Source: a virus (taxonomy: Duplodnaviria; Caudoviricetes). From it: a DNA stretch of 25,697 nt. The position numbers and the translations under genes were made by a program. Numbering within the stretch: position 1 is the stretch's first letter; the number at the start of each line of letters is the position of its first letter. The notes below the pieces were generated by a model that worked only from the letters and a program-made list of their open reading frames with translations, did no database searches and was not told the origin of the DNA. Below, one piece after another: positions 17,489 to 25,697 of the stretch. Location of the stretch: positions 1-25,697 of IMG/VR virus record IMGVR_UViG_3300014775_000091; one strand, given 5' to 3'.

Positions 17489-18425
17489 CTACAATCTTCT
17501 TCATCTCTTCAGGGAATTGGTCAGCAAATGCTCTAAGGTTGTCGAAACCCTGTATTCTCTGATCTGGAAACTTGTCGCAGTAGTACCATGCTCCACGTTT
17601 GGTGATAATGCCTTTCTCCAAAGCCTCTCTCAGGTAGGTTTCATTTGTATCAATACCACCTTCAATGCGGAATGGAACCTCAACTTGTTCCCACCGTTCT
17701 CCACCAAACTTATCCTTTAGAAGACCAGCCTTTATCATAAACCCGACACGCTCGTCCTTCTCTTTGATATAAGAGCCTCTACGAGTCTCCATGACAGCAT
17801 GAGCAAAGAATTGTTGTCCTTTACCGCCCGGCATAGTCTCTATGGCTGATACAGGTCCCATAGACCCCCGTACTTGGTTTATAACAACTAAGGCAGAACC
17901 ATGACTAAGAAGCGGTAGCAACCTAATCAAAGCTTGGTTCCAAGACCTAGCTTGCCATGCAATCGGGCTATAACCAAAAGAATCTTTGTTCTCAGTAATG
18001 TCTTCTGGAATTAGTCCTGCTACTGAATCTAGAATAACGAGATCAACACCATTCTTTAGACCCGCCTCCATCGCCCGATACGCATCTTCTGCGTTAGAAG
18101 CTTGCTTTACAAGAATACTCTCTGTGTCTAAGCCACACTTCTCCATCCAAACCGAATCCCAAGACATCTCGGTATCAACCCAAAGAGCAACACCATCTTG
18201 ACTTTGAACTGTTTTGCATAATTGACTAGCTAGATAAGACTTACCTGAAGACCACCCACCAAAGAATAATGAGAACTTCTTCTTGGGAATCCCCCCATTC
18301 GTAATCCGATCAAGAGCCGGGATGTTAAAAGGAATCTTCTCGTATAGGAATTCTTCTGAATTACCTACTACAAAACCAAGATTCTTATCCTCTAATAATG
18401 TATTAAACAAATCATTCGCTGGCAT
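17466..18425 (-). CDS. recA: RecA-family recombinase
   Basis: ALDRITNGGIP, Walker A GGWSSGKS, VDTE, ILDSVA, INQVR, PGG, GAWY. Confidence 0.92.
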   Translation of the reverse strand: MPANDLFNTLLEDKNLGFVVGNSEEFLYEKIPFNIPALDRITNGGIPKKKFSLFFGGWSSGKSYLASQLCKTVQSQDGVALWVDTEMSWDSVWMEKCGLDTESILVKQASNAEDAYRAMEAGLKNGVDLVILDSVAGLIPEDITENKDSFGYSPIAWQARSWNQALIRLLPLLSHGSALVVINQVRGSMGPVSAIETMPGGKGQQFFAHAVMETRRGSYIKEKDERVGFMIKAGLLKDKFGGERWEQVEVPFRIEGGIDTNETYLREALEKGIITKRGAWYYCDKFPDQRIQGFDNLRAFADQFPEEMKKIVDAVQILD

Positions 18426-18675
18426 CTACATTCCCCCGATTTAGATAAGCCTCTGCCCAAGCAAAACAAACAGCGGCACACTGAATAACTTCCTCAAACA
18501 TACCTGCTGATCGTTTTTCATAAACTTCACGAGCAACTTCACCTACTTCTTCAGTTAGTATTACTGTCCAGTGCTCATCACTATTAAATGTTTGATCGCC
18601 CCATTTTTTATCTTGGCGTTCTCGTTCTGCTAGAACTGCCTGTAAAACTGTCATTCTAGTTGCTTCTTTAACCAT
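18412..18675 (-). CDS. MazG-like nucleotide pyrophosphohydrolase (start revised to MVKEA)
   Basis: ERERQDKKWG, LTEEVGEVARE...EEVIQ (ExxE...ExxQ) all-alpha NTP-PPase pattern; GGTGGGG upstream of ATG 18673-18675. Confidence 0.75.
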   Translation of the reverse strand: MVKEATRMTVLQAVLAERERQDKKWGDQTFNSDEHWTVILTEEVGEVAREVYEKRSAGMFEEVIQCAAVCFAWAEAYLNRGNVDASE

Positions 18676-18892
18676 TATCCCCACCTGCTTCCTGAAGAAT
18701 CTTTTCGACTTCCGCATCTGCCATTTTGTATATCTTGACGAAAGCTTTACCTAACGCTTTACGAGCTTCTTCAAGTTGCTCATCAACATCATGGTCTAGC
18801 TCAATGTCATAGATACCTATTGTAGTCTTTGCGGAATTATAGTTACCTAAATTCACTGTAAAGGATATTTCTTGCGAAACCTTTGCCATCAT
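18668..18892 (-). CDS. Hypothetical protein (74 aa)
   Basis: TVNLGNYNS motif common in small phage replication-region genes; AGGAG RBS. Confidence 0.7.
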   Translation of the reverse strand: MMAKVSQEISFTVNLGNYNSAKTTIGIYDIELDHDVDEQLEEARKALGKAFVKIYKMADAEVEKILQEAGGDNG

Positions 18893-18905
18893 AAACTCCT
18901 ATCTC

Positions 18906-20915
18906 TTAATCCCAATCTAACAAGTCTACAGTAGTTAGTTCCGGTTCTACTGCTGGTATTTCAAACTTGCCTCGAACTGGGATTCCTTCGATTAAATCTA
19001 TATCTTCCTTAGTTGCCCACGAAGGGTCACATACTTCCATGTCTACCTGTAACGGGAGATTCAAAGTGTTCTCCAGTAGCAAACGACGAACGTTAGGAAT
19101 AACATCCATAGCTTCATCATCATGGACTTCGCAGATAATTTCATCGTGCACCTGTAATAAAATGGTACTCTGTTTATCAGCTAAGTATTTGTCAACCTCA
19201 ATCATTCGTTCGGTCAACAAATCCGCACTAGTCCCCTGAATCAAATAGTTAACCGCCTTGTAGCCTTTATCGTGGGGGACTTTGTAGATACGTCCATACT
19301 TATTACGTACCCATCCACGACGCTCTATCATTCGTACCACTGTATCGAAAAACGTTTTCGACCCTGCTATGTTCTCGAAATATTCTTTCTTATACCTAGC
19401 TGCCTCATCGGGAGTGGTATTTAGTTGTTGCGCTAGTTTCTGCTTACCGATTCCGTAAATAACCCCAAACGTAATAGTTTTAGCAAGCTGGCGGTAGAAC
19501 TTATACTCAGGGTGGTCCTTGTCTACCTTGAATGCTATCTTAGCCGCTTCGCCGTGGAAGTCTACATCCCCCTGTTTCATCAACTCTAACATCTGTGGGT
19601 TGTCTATGTAGTACATAAACATACGGACTTCCATCTGAGAATAATCATAGGAGACTAAAGAGTAGTTTTTTCGAGGTACAAACAAACGGCGTACCGCTAT
19701 CTGCCCCTCGTCTTCTTCACTGTAGGATTCATCACCGACAAATCCCCACGCTTCAAGTACCTCATTGCTAAGTTTCTCACTATCCGCAGATGACCCACCC
19801 TTAGAAGCAATAGTGGCTCCCACTCTATCCCGTACTTCTGAATAACCAGCCTCATCTAATTCCACATCATATAATTTAAAATGGTTACGGGGAATATTTT
19901 GCAGGTTTGGACCACGAGAAGAAAGTCTGCCTGTAACAGTTCCCCAATTTGCAAAGGTTGTATGCATCACAGGCGTTTCAAGATAAGGGTCAACGTATGT
20001 AGACCTCAGCTTCAGCAACGTTCTGTACTGCCGAATCAGCCCTGCTACGGGATGGTTTATTTGAACAAGAGCGCCTTCATTCCAAGCATCTTGACCCTTA
20101 TCGGTCTTCATGGGTGATCGAACCCCAACAGAATTAAAGTAGTTTCCTACCTGTTGAGTACTAGCAATGTTGAATACGCTCCCAGCTACACCATGAATCC
20201 GCTTTTCGATCTCCGAAAGCCGGTTTGTAAGCTTTTTCGTAGTAGATTCAGCATATTTTTGATCAATAGCTATGCCTCTACGCTCCATATTGAGTAAAAC
20301 CTTCGTTAGTTCAATCTGAGTGCGAAAAACATTCTCTTGTTCACTGTTTTTGATCTTTTCTAGCGAGTCTTCGTACACCTTAAGTGTCCAATAAGCATCT
20401 TTAATACAATATGGACCTAAAATCTCCGGAGGACACAAAGAAAAGTCTTTATTCCACCGGTTTTTGACTAAAACTTGCTTAGTTTCCTTATCGTAAGCTG
20501 CTTCTGACGCTCCAAAGCGGCGTGTTATGGTCTCTGTAAGAGATAAGGAATCCACAATGCTTGATTCAGTAAGCCTAACCATAACTAGAACATCTATCAG
20601 GTCTTTATCATCTACCTTGAGGCCGTCTTTCTCCAAAAAAGGGACATCAAACTTCAAGTTGTACGCAACAATCCGTTTTATCTTATTCATTTCATCCATA
20701 AGTATGGGAAGAAAAGCTGAATCTAGATTACCCCCAAGGGTTTGGTGTCTGAACGGAAAGTAAAAAGCGTTATCTGGAACTGCAATACCTATACCACAAA
20801 GCTGATTATAGGAGTATGGGTCTAGTCCATTAGTCTCACAGTCAATTACCCATTGGTCATGCTTTGAAAGCGTCTCAATAGCTGAATTAAATTGTGATTC
20901 TGATAGAACTAACAC
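18906..20915 (-). CDS. polA: Family A DNA polymerase with 3'-5' exonuclease (no 5'-3' nuclease)
   Basis: ExoI DCET, ExoII YNLKFD, ExoIII YCIKD; TGRLSS, NLQNIP, motif A DYSQME, motif B RQLAKTITFGVIYG, motif C QVHDE. Confidence 0.95.
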   Translation of the reverse strand: MLVLSESQFNSAIETLSKHDQWVIDCETNGLDPYSYNQLCGIGIAVPDNAFYFPFRHQTLGGNLDSAFLPILMDEMNKIKRIVAYNLKFDVPFLEKDGLKVDDKDLIDVLVMVRLTESSIVDSLSLTETITRRFGASEAAYDKETKQVLVKNRWNKDFSLCPPEILGPYCIKDAYWTLKVYEDSLEKIKNSEQENVFRTQIELTKVLLNMERRGIAIDQKYAESTTKKLTNRLSEIEKRIHGVAGSVFNIASTQQVGNYFNSVGVRSPMKTDKGQDAWNEGALVQINHPVAGLIRQYRTLLKLRSTYVDPYLETPVMHTTFANWGTVTGRLSSRGPNLQNIPRNHFKLYDVELDEAGYSEVRDRVGATIASKGGSSADSEKLSNEVLEAWGFVGDESYSEEDEGQIAVRRLFVPRKNYSLVSYDYSQMEVRMFMYYIDNPQMLELMKQGDVDFHGEAAKIAFKVDKDHPEYKFYRQLAKTITFGVIYGIGKQKLAQQLNTTPDEAARYKKEYFENIAGSKTFFDTVVRMIERRGWVRNKYGRIYKVPHDKGYKAVNYLIQGTSADLLTERMIEVDKYLADKQSTILLQVHDEIICEVHDDEAMDVIPNVRRLLLENTLNLPLQVDMEVCDPSWATKEDIDLIEGIPVRGKFEIPAVEPELTTVDLLDWD

Positions 20916-20936
20916 CCATATCTCCTGTAATAGTAA

Positions 20937-21656
20937 TTAAAAGGGTAGCTTTTCAGTTTCCCAGCCGTCCTCATCATCATCGAGAGAAACGCTAGATGTC
21001 GGGACTGTTTCCTGATTAGGCTCGGAAGGTGTGTCGGAGTAGACATCCAACATGTAATCCTTGATACTAGGGAGGTCATTAACCTCTGAGTACTTACTTT
21101 CGGAAATTTCATCTTCCTTAGGAGTAGCAGTTATCGTGTAGGTTGTGTCCAACCCTGCTCCTTGCCGTCTAATACGGACGACACCCTTGTTCAAAGTACC
21201 CCAATCGTTATAAACATCTACCAACTGGTTCCACAAAGCGTTACTGCGACCCATAGACAGAGCGATAACTCGGAAATCATTAATTTCTTCCTTATACACT
21301 GTCTTTCCTGAAGGACCAGTAACTGCTTCCCAACGATCATTGTTGTTTGGGTTAGAACCGTGGAATACCTCGATTACATACGCCCAAAAAGCAAATCGGT
21401 GTGAAGCCCGTGTTCCCTCAGGGATTTTTCCCATCGGACCATTAGGTCCTTCCAAAACACTCCTAAAAGAGCCACCGTCTTGAAAAGTATACATCCAGAA
21501 TTCATCTAGATATGGGTCGTTGTCTTCTCCAGTTGCTACTGGAATTAGAAACGCCTGATCACCATCTCGGAAATACAACTCCCTACGATTGGAAGATGTT
21601 CCCCGTTCTGAAGATGTACGGGTGCTACGTTCATTAATTGCACGAATACCGGGCAT
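20937..21656 (-). CDS. Single-stranded DNA-binding protein (gp32-like)
   Basis: Aromatic-rich OB-like core, RRQGAGLDTTY motif, acidic tail ending DDDEDGWETEKLPF; between primase and polymerase. Confidence 0.75.
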   Translation of the reverse strand: MPGIRAINERSTRTSSERGTSSNRRELYFRDGDQAFLIPVATGEDNDPYLDEFWMYTFQDGGSFRSVLEGPNGPMGKIPEGTRASHRFAFWAYVIEVFHGSNPNNNDRWEAVTGPSGKTVYKEEINDFRVIALSMGRSNALWNQLVDVYNDWGTLNKGVVRIRRQGAGLDTTYTITATPKEDEISESKYSEVNDLPSIKDYMLDVYSDTPSEPNQETVPTSSVSLDDDEDGWETEKLPF

Positions 21657-21665
21657 AATAATCTC

Positions 21666-22526
21666 CTACCAAAAACTTCTATCTTCTACTATCTGGGTTA
21701 CGACATCCTTTTGACGAACCTCTTGAATATCTTTATACCCAGATGGTAATTCAATATGTGATACTTTAATGTATTGTCCGAGTGATGTCAAGGCTCTTTC
21801 CATACCAATTTGTCCAGCTTCATCAGAATCTAGACAAAGTGCTATCTCACCTACAGGTAACTCCTGTAAAAGTTCTACCTGTTTTTTAGAGATAGACATT
21901 CCTAGGATGGACACCGCAGGATAACCCAATTGTGTAAACCACATAGCATCCAACGGACCTTCTACAACACACAATAGTGGGCAATCCTTTATGAGGTGCC
22001 CACCAAACAATACCCTAGATTTTTTAAACTCGTTCGGGTACAGATACTTCGGAAACCCCTGCTCCCTACGAACTGCCCAGCCTACCATACGTTGCTGTAA
22101 GTCATAGATTGGTAGAGCCAATCCGTTCTCAGCAGTTATACCGGCATTCCAATGCTTTAGTGTACGTTTTGTGAAGCCTCTATCGAAAATCCACGACGGT
22201 ACGTAACTTTGGTTGTAAGGAAATTCAACTTCCGGGAGTGTGTCAGAAACGGGTACAAAGTCATCAAACAAGTTAATGTTTACTGTTACTTCGTTATCCC
22301 CTATAAGTTTAGCTAGTTCTTTCTCAGATATATCTAAATACCTAAGTAAGAATCCTTTTAAACTCCCCTGACCACACCCCCGAAAGCAAATCCACACACC
22401 TTTACGAGTGTTAATCGAGCATGAGTTATGACTGTCAGCATGAAAAGGACACAATAAAGTGAACTGTTCTTCACCTAGAGGAACAGAGACACCAGATGCC
22501 TCTAATACTGCTGACCAATCAATCAC
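21666..22526 (-). CDS. dnaG: DnaG-type DNA primase
   Basis: CHC2 Zn finger CPFH...CFRGC; Toprim VEGPLD and DSDEAG. Confidence 0.9.
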   Translation of the reverse strand: MIDWSAVLEASGVSVPLGEEQFTLLCPFHADSHNSCSINTRKGVWICFRGCGQGSLKGFLLRYLDISEKELAKLIGDNEVTVNINLFDDFVPVSDTLPEVEFPYNQSYVPSWIFDRGFTKRTLKHWNAGITAENGLALPIYDLQQRMVGWAVRREQGFPKYLYPNEFKKSRVLFGGHLIKDCPLLCVVEGPLDAMWFTQLGYPAVSILGMSISKKQVELLQELPVGEIALCLDSDEAGQIGMERALTSLGQYIKVSHIELPSGYKDIQEVRQKDVVTQIVEDRSFW

Positions 22527-22726
22527 TTTGCTTTTGCCTTGCGGTCTGCTTTATTTGCTCGAACAAAGAGAACAACTTCGTTCTCATACCCGTAAGCATC
22601 CTTAATCTTACCTCGCTGGATATCTCCAACGGTGATAGTCATAACGGACTTACTTGGTCCTTTGCTTTTAGCTTCTTTGACCACAATGTTTTCCTCATTA
22701 GGCCTTAGCCATGTAAGTAAACCCAT
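22523..22726 (-). CDS. Hypothetical protein (67 aa)
   Basis: AGGAG RBS; fills the helicase-primase gap. Confidence 0.6.
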   Translation of the reverse strand: MGLLTWLRPNEENIVVKEAKSKGPSKSVMTITVGDIQRGKIKDAYGYENEVVLFVRANKADRKAKAK

Positions 22727-22735
22727 TCTAATCTC

Positions 22736-23980
22736 CTATAATCCTATGTCGAACTCTTCAATTTGACCAGAGTCAACTTTCCACGTAAAGGTGCAGTTAT
22801 CGACCGAGAGGTCACCATCACGATACTTCTGGAATTGCACTTCTCGCTGATCGTCGAAATCTTCGACCATACACATTGAGAGTGCTACATCCGAAGCTCG
22901 TATTAGAGCGTCCCCAAATGCGACCTGATCTGACCGGGGAGGAGAGAACATATTTGCCCCTGCATCCCTAGTAGCTTGTGTTGATACCATAATGGAAGTA
23001 TTTTGAGCCAGAGCGTAATTCTTTAGACCGTAGAACAAGCTGTGGCTTTGTTCCCACGCAGCCTTCCTAGAATCCGAAGTGGATATCAAATATACTCCAT
23101 CTATCACCGTAATGTCGGGAGAGTATTTACGGATTAGGCTAGCAATACTGCCTAATGAAATGCTGTCCTCTCCATTAATGTGATCGCATATCAGAAGTCG
23201 TTTGGTATTAGACTTCTGCAAAAAATCTTTATACTGCGCCTCGTCGATAGGTTGACCTGTACGCAAGGCTCTATGAGAAAGTTTGTACCCCATCATCTGA
23301 GCAAGAACTACATCTAAACGCATTTCAATAGATCGTTTAGACATCTCAGTAGACACTAATAGCGTTCTATGTCCTTCCAAGATCGCTGTAGCCGCTGTCT
23401 TAATGCATAGCCATGTCTTTCCTACCGTAGGTCTAGCAAAAGCAGAGATAAGGTCTCCGGGTTGCCAACCCATGCCTGTAGAATTAATCGCTTTGAACGG
23501 AGTCTTTATACCGATTAGTCCGTCACCCATCTGTCTTTTCTTACTGCGTTCCTGCCACTCATCGAATCGAGTCATGTCCCCGGAATCGTAATGGAAAACA
23601 TCCTCATCATACACCACTTCAATATCTTGAAGCTGGTTAGTGATGTTAGCAAGAGCCGCTTTAGGGTTATCGGAAAGCGTAGTTTTATTCTGGCTAAAAG
23701 TGTTTACTATCTCACGGAATAGAATTTGTTTACGAAATTCATCTTGAGCGTAATCAAAGCTTACGGTAACCGCATCCTTACGAAGTTTAGGGTACTTCTC
23801 TATAAGTACACTAGTCTCAGGAAATTCTTGGTATTGGTCATGGTATTCGTTTATGAATTTTACTGCGTCCCCATGTACCGCAAAATTCCTAAGGGGATAC
23901 CTAAATCGCTTGTAGTTCTTACTGTCAGTTAGACCTAAAACTAATGCGGATTCAATAAAGTTAAAGTTGGTGCTATCCAT
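22736..23980 (-). CDS. dnaB: DnaB-like SF4 replicative helicase (start revised to MDSTN)
   Basis: ARPTVGKT, STEM, IDGVY, TQ, KYRDG; AGGAG RBS before ATG 23978-23980. Confidence 0.92.
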   Translation of the reverse strand: MDSTNFNFIESALVLGLTDSKNYKRFRYPLRNFAVHGDAVKFINEYHDQYQEFPETSVLIEKYPKLRKDAVTVSFDYAQDEFRKQILFREIVNTFSQNKTTLSDNPKAALANITNQLQDIEVVYDEDVFHYDSGDMTRFDEWQERSKKRQMGDGLIGIKTPFKAINSTGMGWQPGDLISAFARPTVGKTWLCIKTAATAILEGHRTLLVSTEMSKRSIEMRLDVVLAQMMGYKLSHRALRTGQPIDEAQYKDFLQKSNTKRLLICDHINGEDSISLGSIASLIRKYSPDITVIDGVYLISTSDSRKAAWEQSHSLFYGLKNYALAQNTSIMVSTQATRDAGANMFSPPRSDQVAFGDALIRASDVALSMCMVEDFDDQREVQFQKYRDGDLSVDNCTFTWKVDSGQIEEFDIGL

Positions 23981-23987
23981 AGAACTC

Positions 23988-24215
23988 CTACTTTGCTGAC
24001 GGATAAAGAACACGACCTACATCGTTACATACGTATAAGCGTACCAAGTCCGAAGTATGGTCGTCAACTAATGCTTTAGCATCTTTGTACGAAGCGTAAT
24101 CCCCATAATCCCAAAGTTTACGCATTTCAAAACCCAATACTTTGAATTTGCCCTCAGGTGCTCGCCTTAAAGACAAATTAGAATAGCTTATCTGTTTTGG
24201 CTTTTGATTTTCCAT
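23988..24215 (-). CDS. Hypothetical protein (75 aa)
   Basis: GAGGGG upstream; fits the operon. Confidence 0.55.
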   Translation of the reverse strand: MENQKPKQISYSNLSLRRAPEGKFKVLGFEMRKLWDYGDYASYKDAKALVDDHTSDLVRLYVCNDVGRVLYPSAK

Positions 24216-24630
24216 CTTTATTCCCCTCTAACAACATAACCAGTTCTTTGTATCGGGCTTTGTCCGATGCTTTAGGGAACCATTTGGTTTCTATTCGGAC
24301 TAATTCCCGCCAAAGTACTTTATCAGAGGGCTTTGTGGATGTCAATACCTTCCAGTATAAATCTGGACGTTTACAATCAGGTAGATAGTAGGACAAAGCT
24401 GATAACGTAAACATTACCCTAGCTTTTTCTCCGTTTTGTTTCAGGGAGTCATACAGCGCAGCTAACACATTGAAGTACCCATGCGTATCAATTGCTTTTT
24501 TCAAAGCACTGATTTCTCGCCCTATGAAGGTCTGAACTTCATATTCTTTGCCTGTTTCTTTTGCGTATAAAAGAGCAAATGCAGAAAAGGCAGTATTAGC
24601 ATTTAAGTTAGAAGGAGATTTTCTCGCCAT
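24178..24630 (-). CDS. Hypothetical protein upstream of the helicase
   Basis: 150-aa helical ORF overlapping both neighbours; function not recognised. Confidence 0.6.
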   Translation of the reverse strand: MARKSPSNLNANTAFSAFALLYAKETGKEYEVQTFIGREISALKKAIDTHGYFNVLAALYDSLKQNGEKARVMFTLSALSYYLPDCKRPDLYWKVLTSTKPSDKVLWRELVRIETKWFPKASDKARYKELVMLLEGNKDGKSKAKTDKLF

Positions 24631-25126
24631 AGTAGGTATTAATCTTTTCTTTTACCTTTGCCGCTATTTTATGCGGCATAGATAACTGTAATTTTTTACT
24701 TATTTCAGTATTAGTATACCCCATTAAACGTAAATTAATAAAAGCTAACTCAGTTCTAGTGAAATCTATAGATTCTAGGTTGTGTATTGTAATAAAGTCT
24801 TCTAATAGAGAAATCTTTTCTTCGATACGGTCTTTGAGATCAAACCCGTTTTGGTTTTCACTCTCTAAAGGAACTACATAAAAGTTACGCTTACTTTTCT
24901 GGGTAGCTTTAAAAAGTAAGGTGCGGATTGTATTAACCATACTAGTATGTAGATATGTATGGAATTTTACCTGCCGTGTGTCATCATACTTTGCCGCTGC
25001 TTTACATATAGCCAAACGCAGCTCCTGAGCCAAATCGTCTCTGTCTAAACCATTTATAATGACCGACGAAGCCATTTTTTGGACTTTTGGCTCCCACTGT
25101 ACAATCAGTTCATTGTTTATTTGCAC
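24608..25126 (-). CDS. Phage sigma-70-family RNA polymerase sigma factor
   Basis: Region 2 pattern DRDDLAQELRLAICKAAAKYD...KFHTY...N; region 4-like LMGYTNTEISKKL; AGGAG RBS and GTG start. Confidence 0.8.
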   Translation of the reverse strand: MQINNELIVQWEPKVQKMASSVIINGLDRDDLAQELRLAICKAAAKYDDTRQVKFHTYLHTSMVNTIRTLLFKATQKSKRNFYVVPLESENQNGFDLKDRIEEKISLLEDFITIHNLESIDFTRTELAFINLRLMGYTNTEISKKLQLSMPHKIAAKVKEKINTYYGEKISF

Positions 25127-25532
25127 TATGAAAGCTCCTATACTGTTTATAACAATCTCTACTACAATAGGTGTTTTTCTTGCCTTCTCTTATTCGTGCT
25201 TCTTGAACAACCCGTCTCCGGTAAAAAGGGGAACGACACCACTCGCATATAAGTTTAACATACTTTAGTTGGAACATGCAAGCCCCATCATGGGCGGCGT
25301 TATTTTTTATGTTGCGGACGGGGAATACTATTTTACCGCAAATTTTGCACCACTTACGAACCCGCTTCCTTTTTTTGGGTTTAGGAGTCCGAACTGACGC
25401 AGTAGGCAAACCATTTCGTTTTAAAACAGCCCAAACGTTCTCTCTTGTGCTACCTATCTTATCTGCAATTTCTTGCAGGGTCATCTCTGGAAATTTTGTC
25501 CTTAACCGTTTAGCACGTTTACTTTTTTTCAC
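25110..25532 (-). CDS. HTH plus Zn-ribbon DNA-binding protein
   Basis: MTLQEIADKIGSTRENVWAVL HTH; CKICG...HDGAC and CEWC...YCSRDC; very basic. Confidence 0.7.
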   Translation of the reverse strand: MKKSKRAKRLRTKFPEMTLQEIADKIGSTRENVWAVLKRNGLPTASVRTPKPKKRKRVRKWCKICGKIVFPVRNIKNNAAHDGACMFQLKYVKLICEWCRSPFYRRRVVQEARIREGKKNTYCSRDCYKQYRSFHSANKQ

Positions 25533-25696
25533 TAGAATTCATCTATAGATGCTTGTTCTTTTTCATATGTTTTGACCTGTTCAGAAAGTTGACCTTTCCA
25601 AAAATTTGTTAAGTAGTCTGCATCTATGTCTCCAGTTCCGTTATCAGGACCTTTAATATAGGAAGACGCTGCTACAATCCTAGTCCACTGCTCATC
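25532..25696 (-). CDS. 3' end of a hypothetical protein entering the window
   Basis: Open frame ...DEQWTRIVAASSYIKGPDNGTGDIDADYLTNFWKGQLSEQVKTYEKEQASIDEF* with TAG overlapping the next GTG. Confidence 0.55.
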   Translation of the reverse strand, partial: DEQWTRIVAASSYIKGPDNGTGDIDADYLTNFWKGQLSEQVKTYEKEQASIDEF

Positions 25697-25697
25697 T

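Noticed and set aside
19695-19886. Intein or intron in polA
   Set aside because: The frame is open, the insert is too short, and it lacks an N-terminal Cys/Ser and a C-terminal His-Asn.
18412-20915. 2-aminoadenine (Z-genome) pathway suggested by MazG plus PolA
   Set aside because: No PurZ or HD-domain DatZ in the window; it cannot be supported from this sequence.
357-25548. Numerous plus-strand ORFs and nested alternative-frame ORFs in the track
   Set aside because: They lie antisense to or within well-supported minus-strand genes and show no recognisable motifs; they are shadow ORFs.
1-25697. Stop-codon recoding, tRNA genes, integrase or mobile elements
   Set aside because: Genes are full length under the standard code with TAA, TAG and TGA all used as stops, intergenic gaps are tiny, and no such elements were recognised.

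Overview
25.7 kb of a tailed dsDNA phage (Caudoviricetes) genome. About 34 densely packed genes all lie on the minus strand. In transcription order (right to left): HTH/Zn-finger regulator, sigma-70-like factor, DnaB helicase, DnaG-type primase, SSB, family A DNA polymerase, MazG-like protein, RecA, DUF559-like nuclease, Cas4-like nuclease, RuvC; then terminase small and large subunits, a class II ribonucleotide reductase, portal, a putative internal head protein, an HTH-metallophosphoesterase, scaffold, major capsid protein, decoration, holin-like and CBM proteins, a prohead protease with a long C-terminal extension, and a truncated DUF5872-like gene. Main observations: (1) a recurring hydrophobic-x-Lys motif, often ending an aromatic amphipathic segment, across head proteins, suggesting a Lys-specific capsid targeting and processing code for modular cargo, analogous to the T4 CTS; (2) six copies of a candidate late promoter AGTATAATA with no shared -35, all in the late half, one positioned for a leaderless mRNA; (3) a head module that resembles archaeal tailed viruses joined to a fully bacterial replisome; (4) nrdJ inserted between terL and portal; (5) a 64-aa insertion in PolA; (6) a structured, GGA-repeat leader ahead of the scaffold/capsid genes. 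All family calls come from motif recognition and memory; no database search was run.
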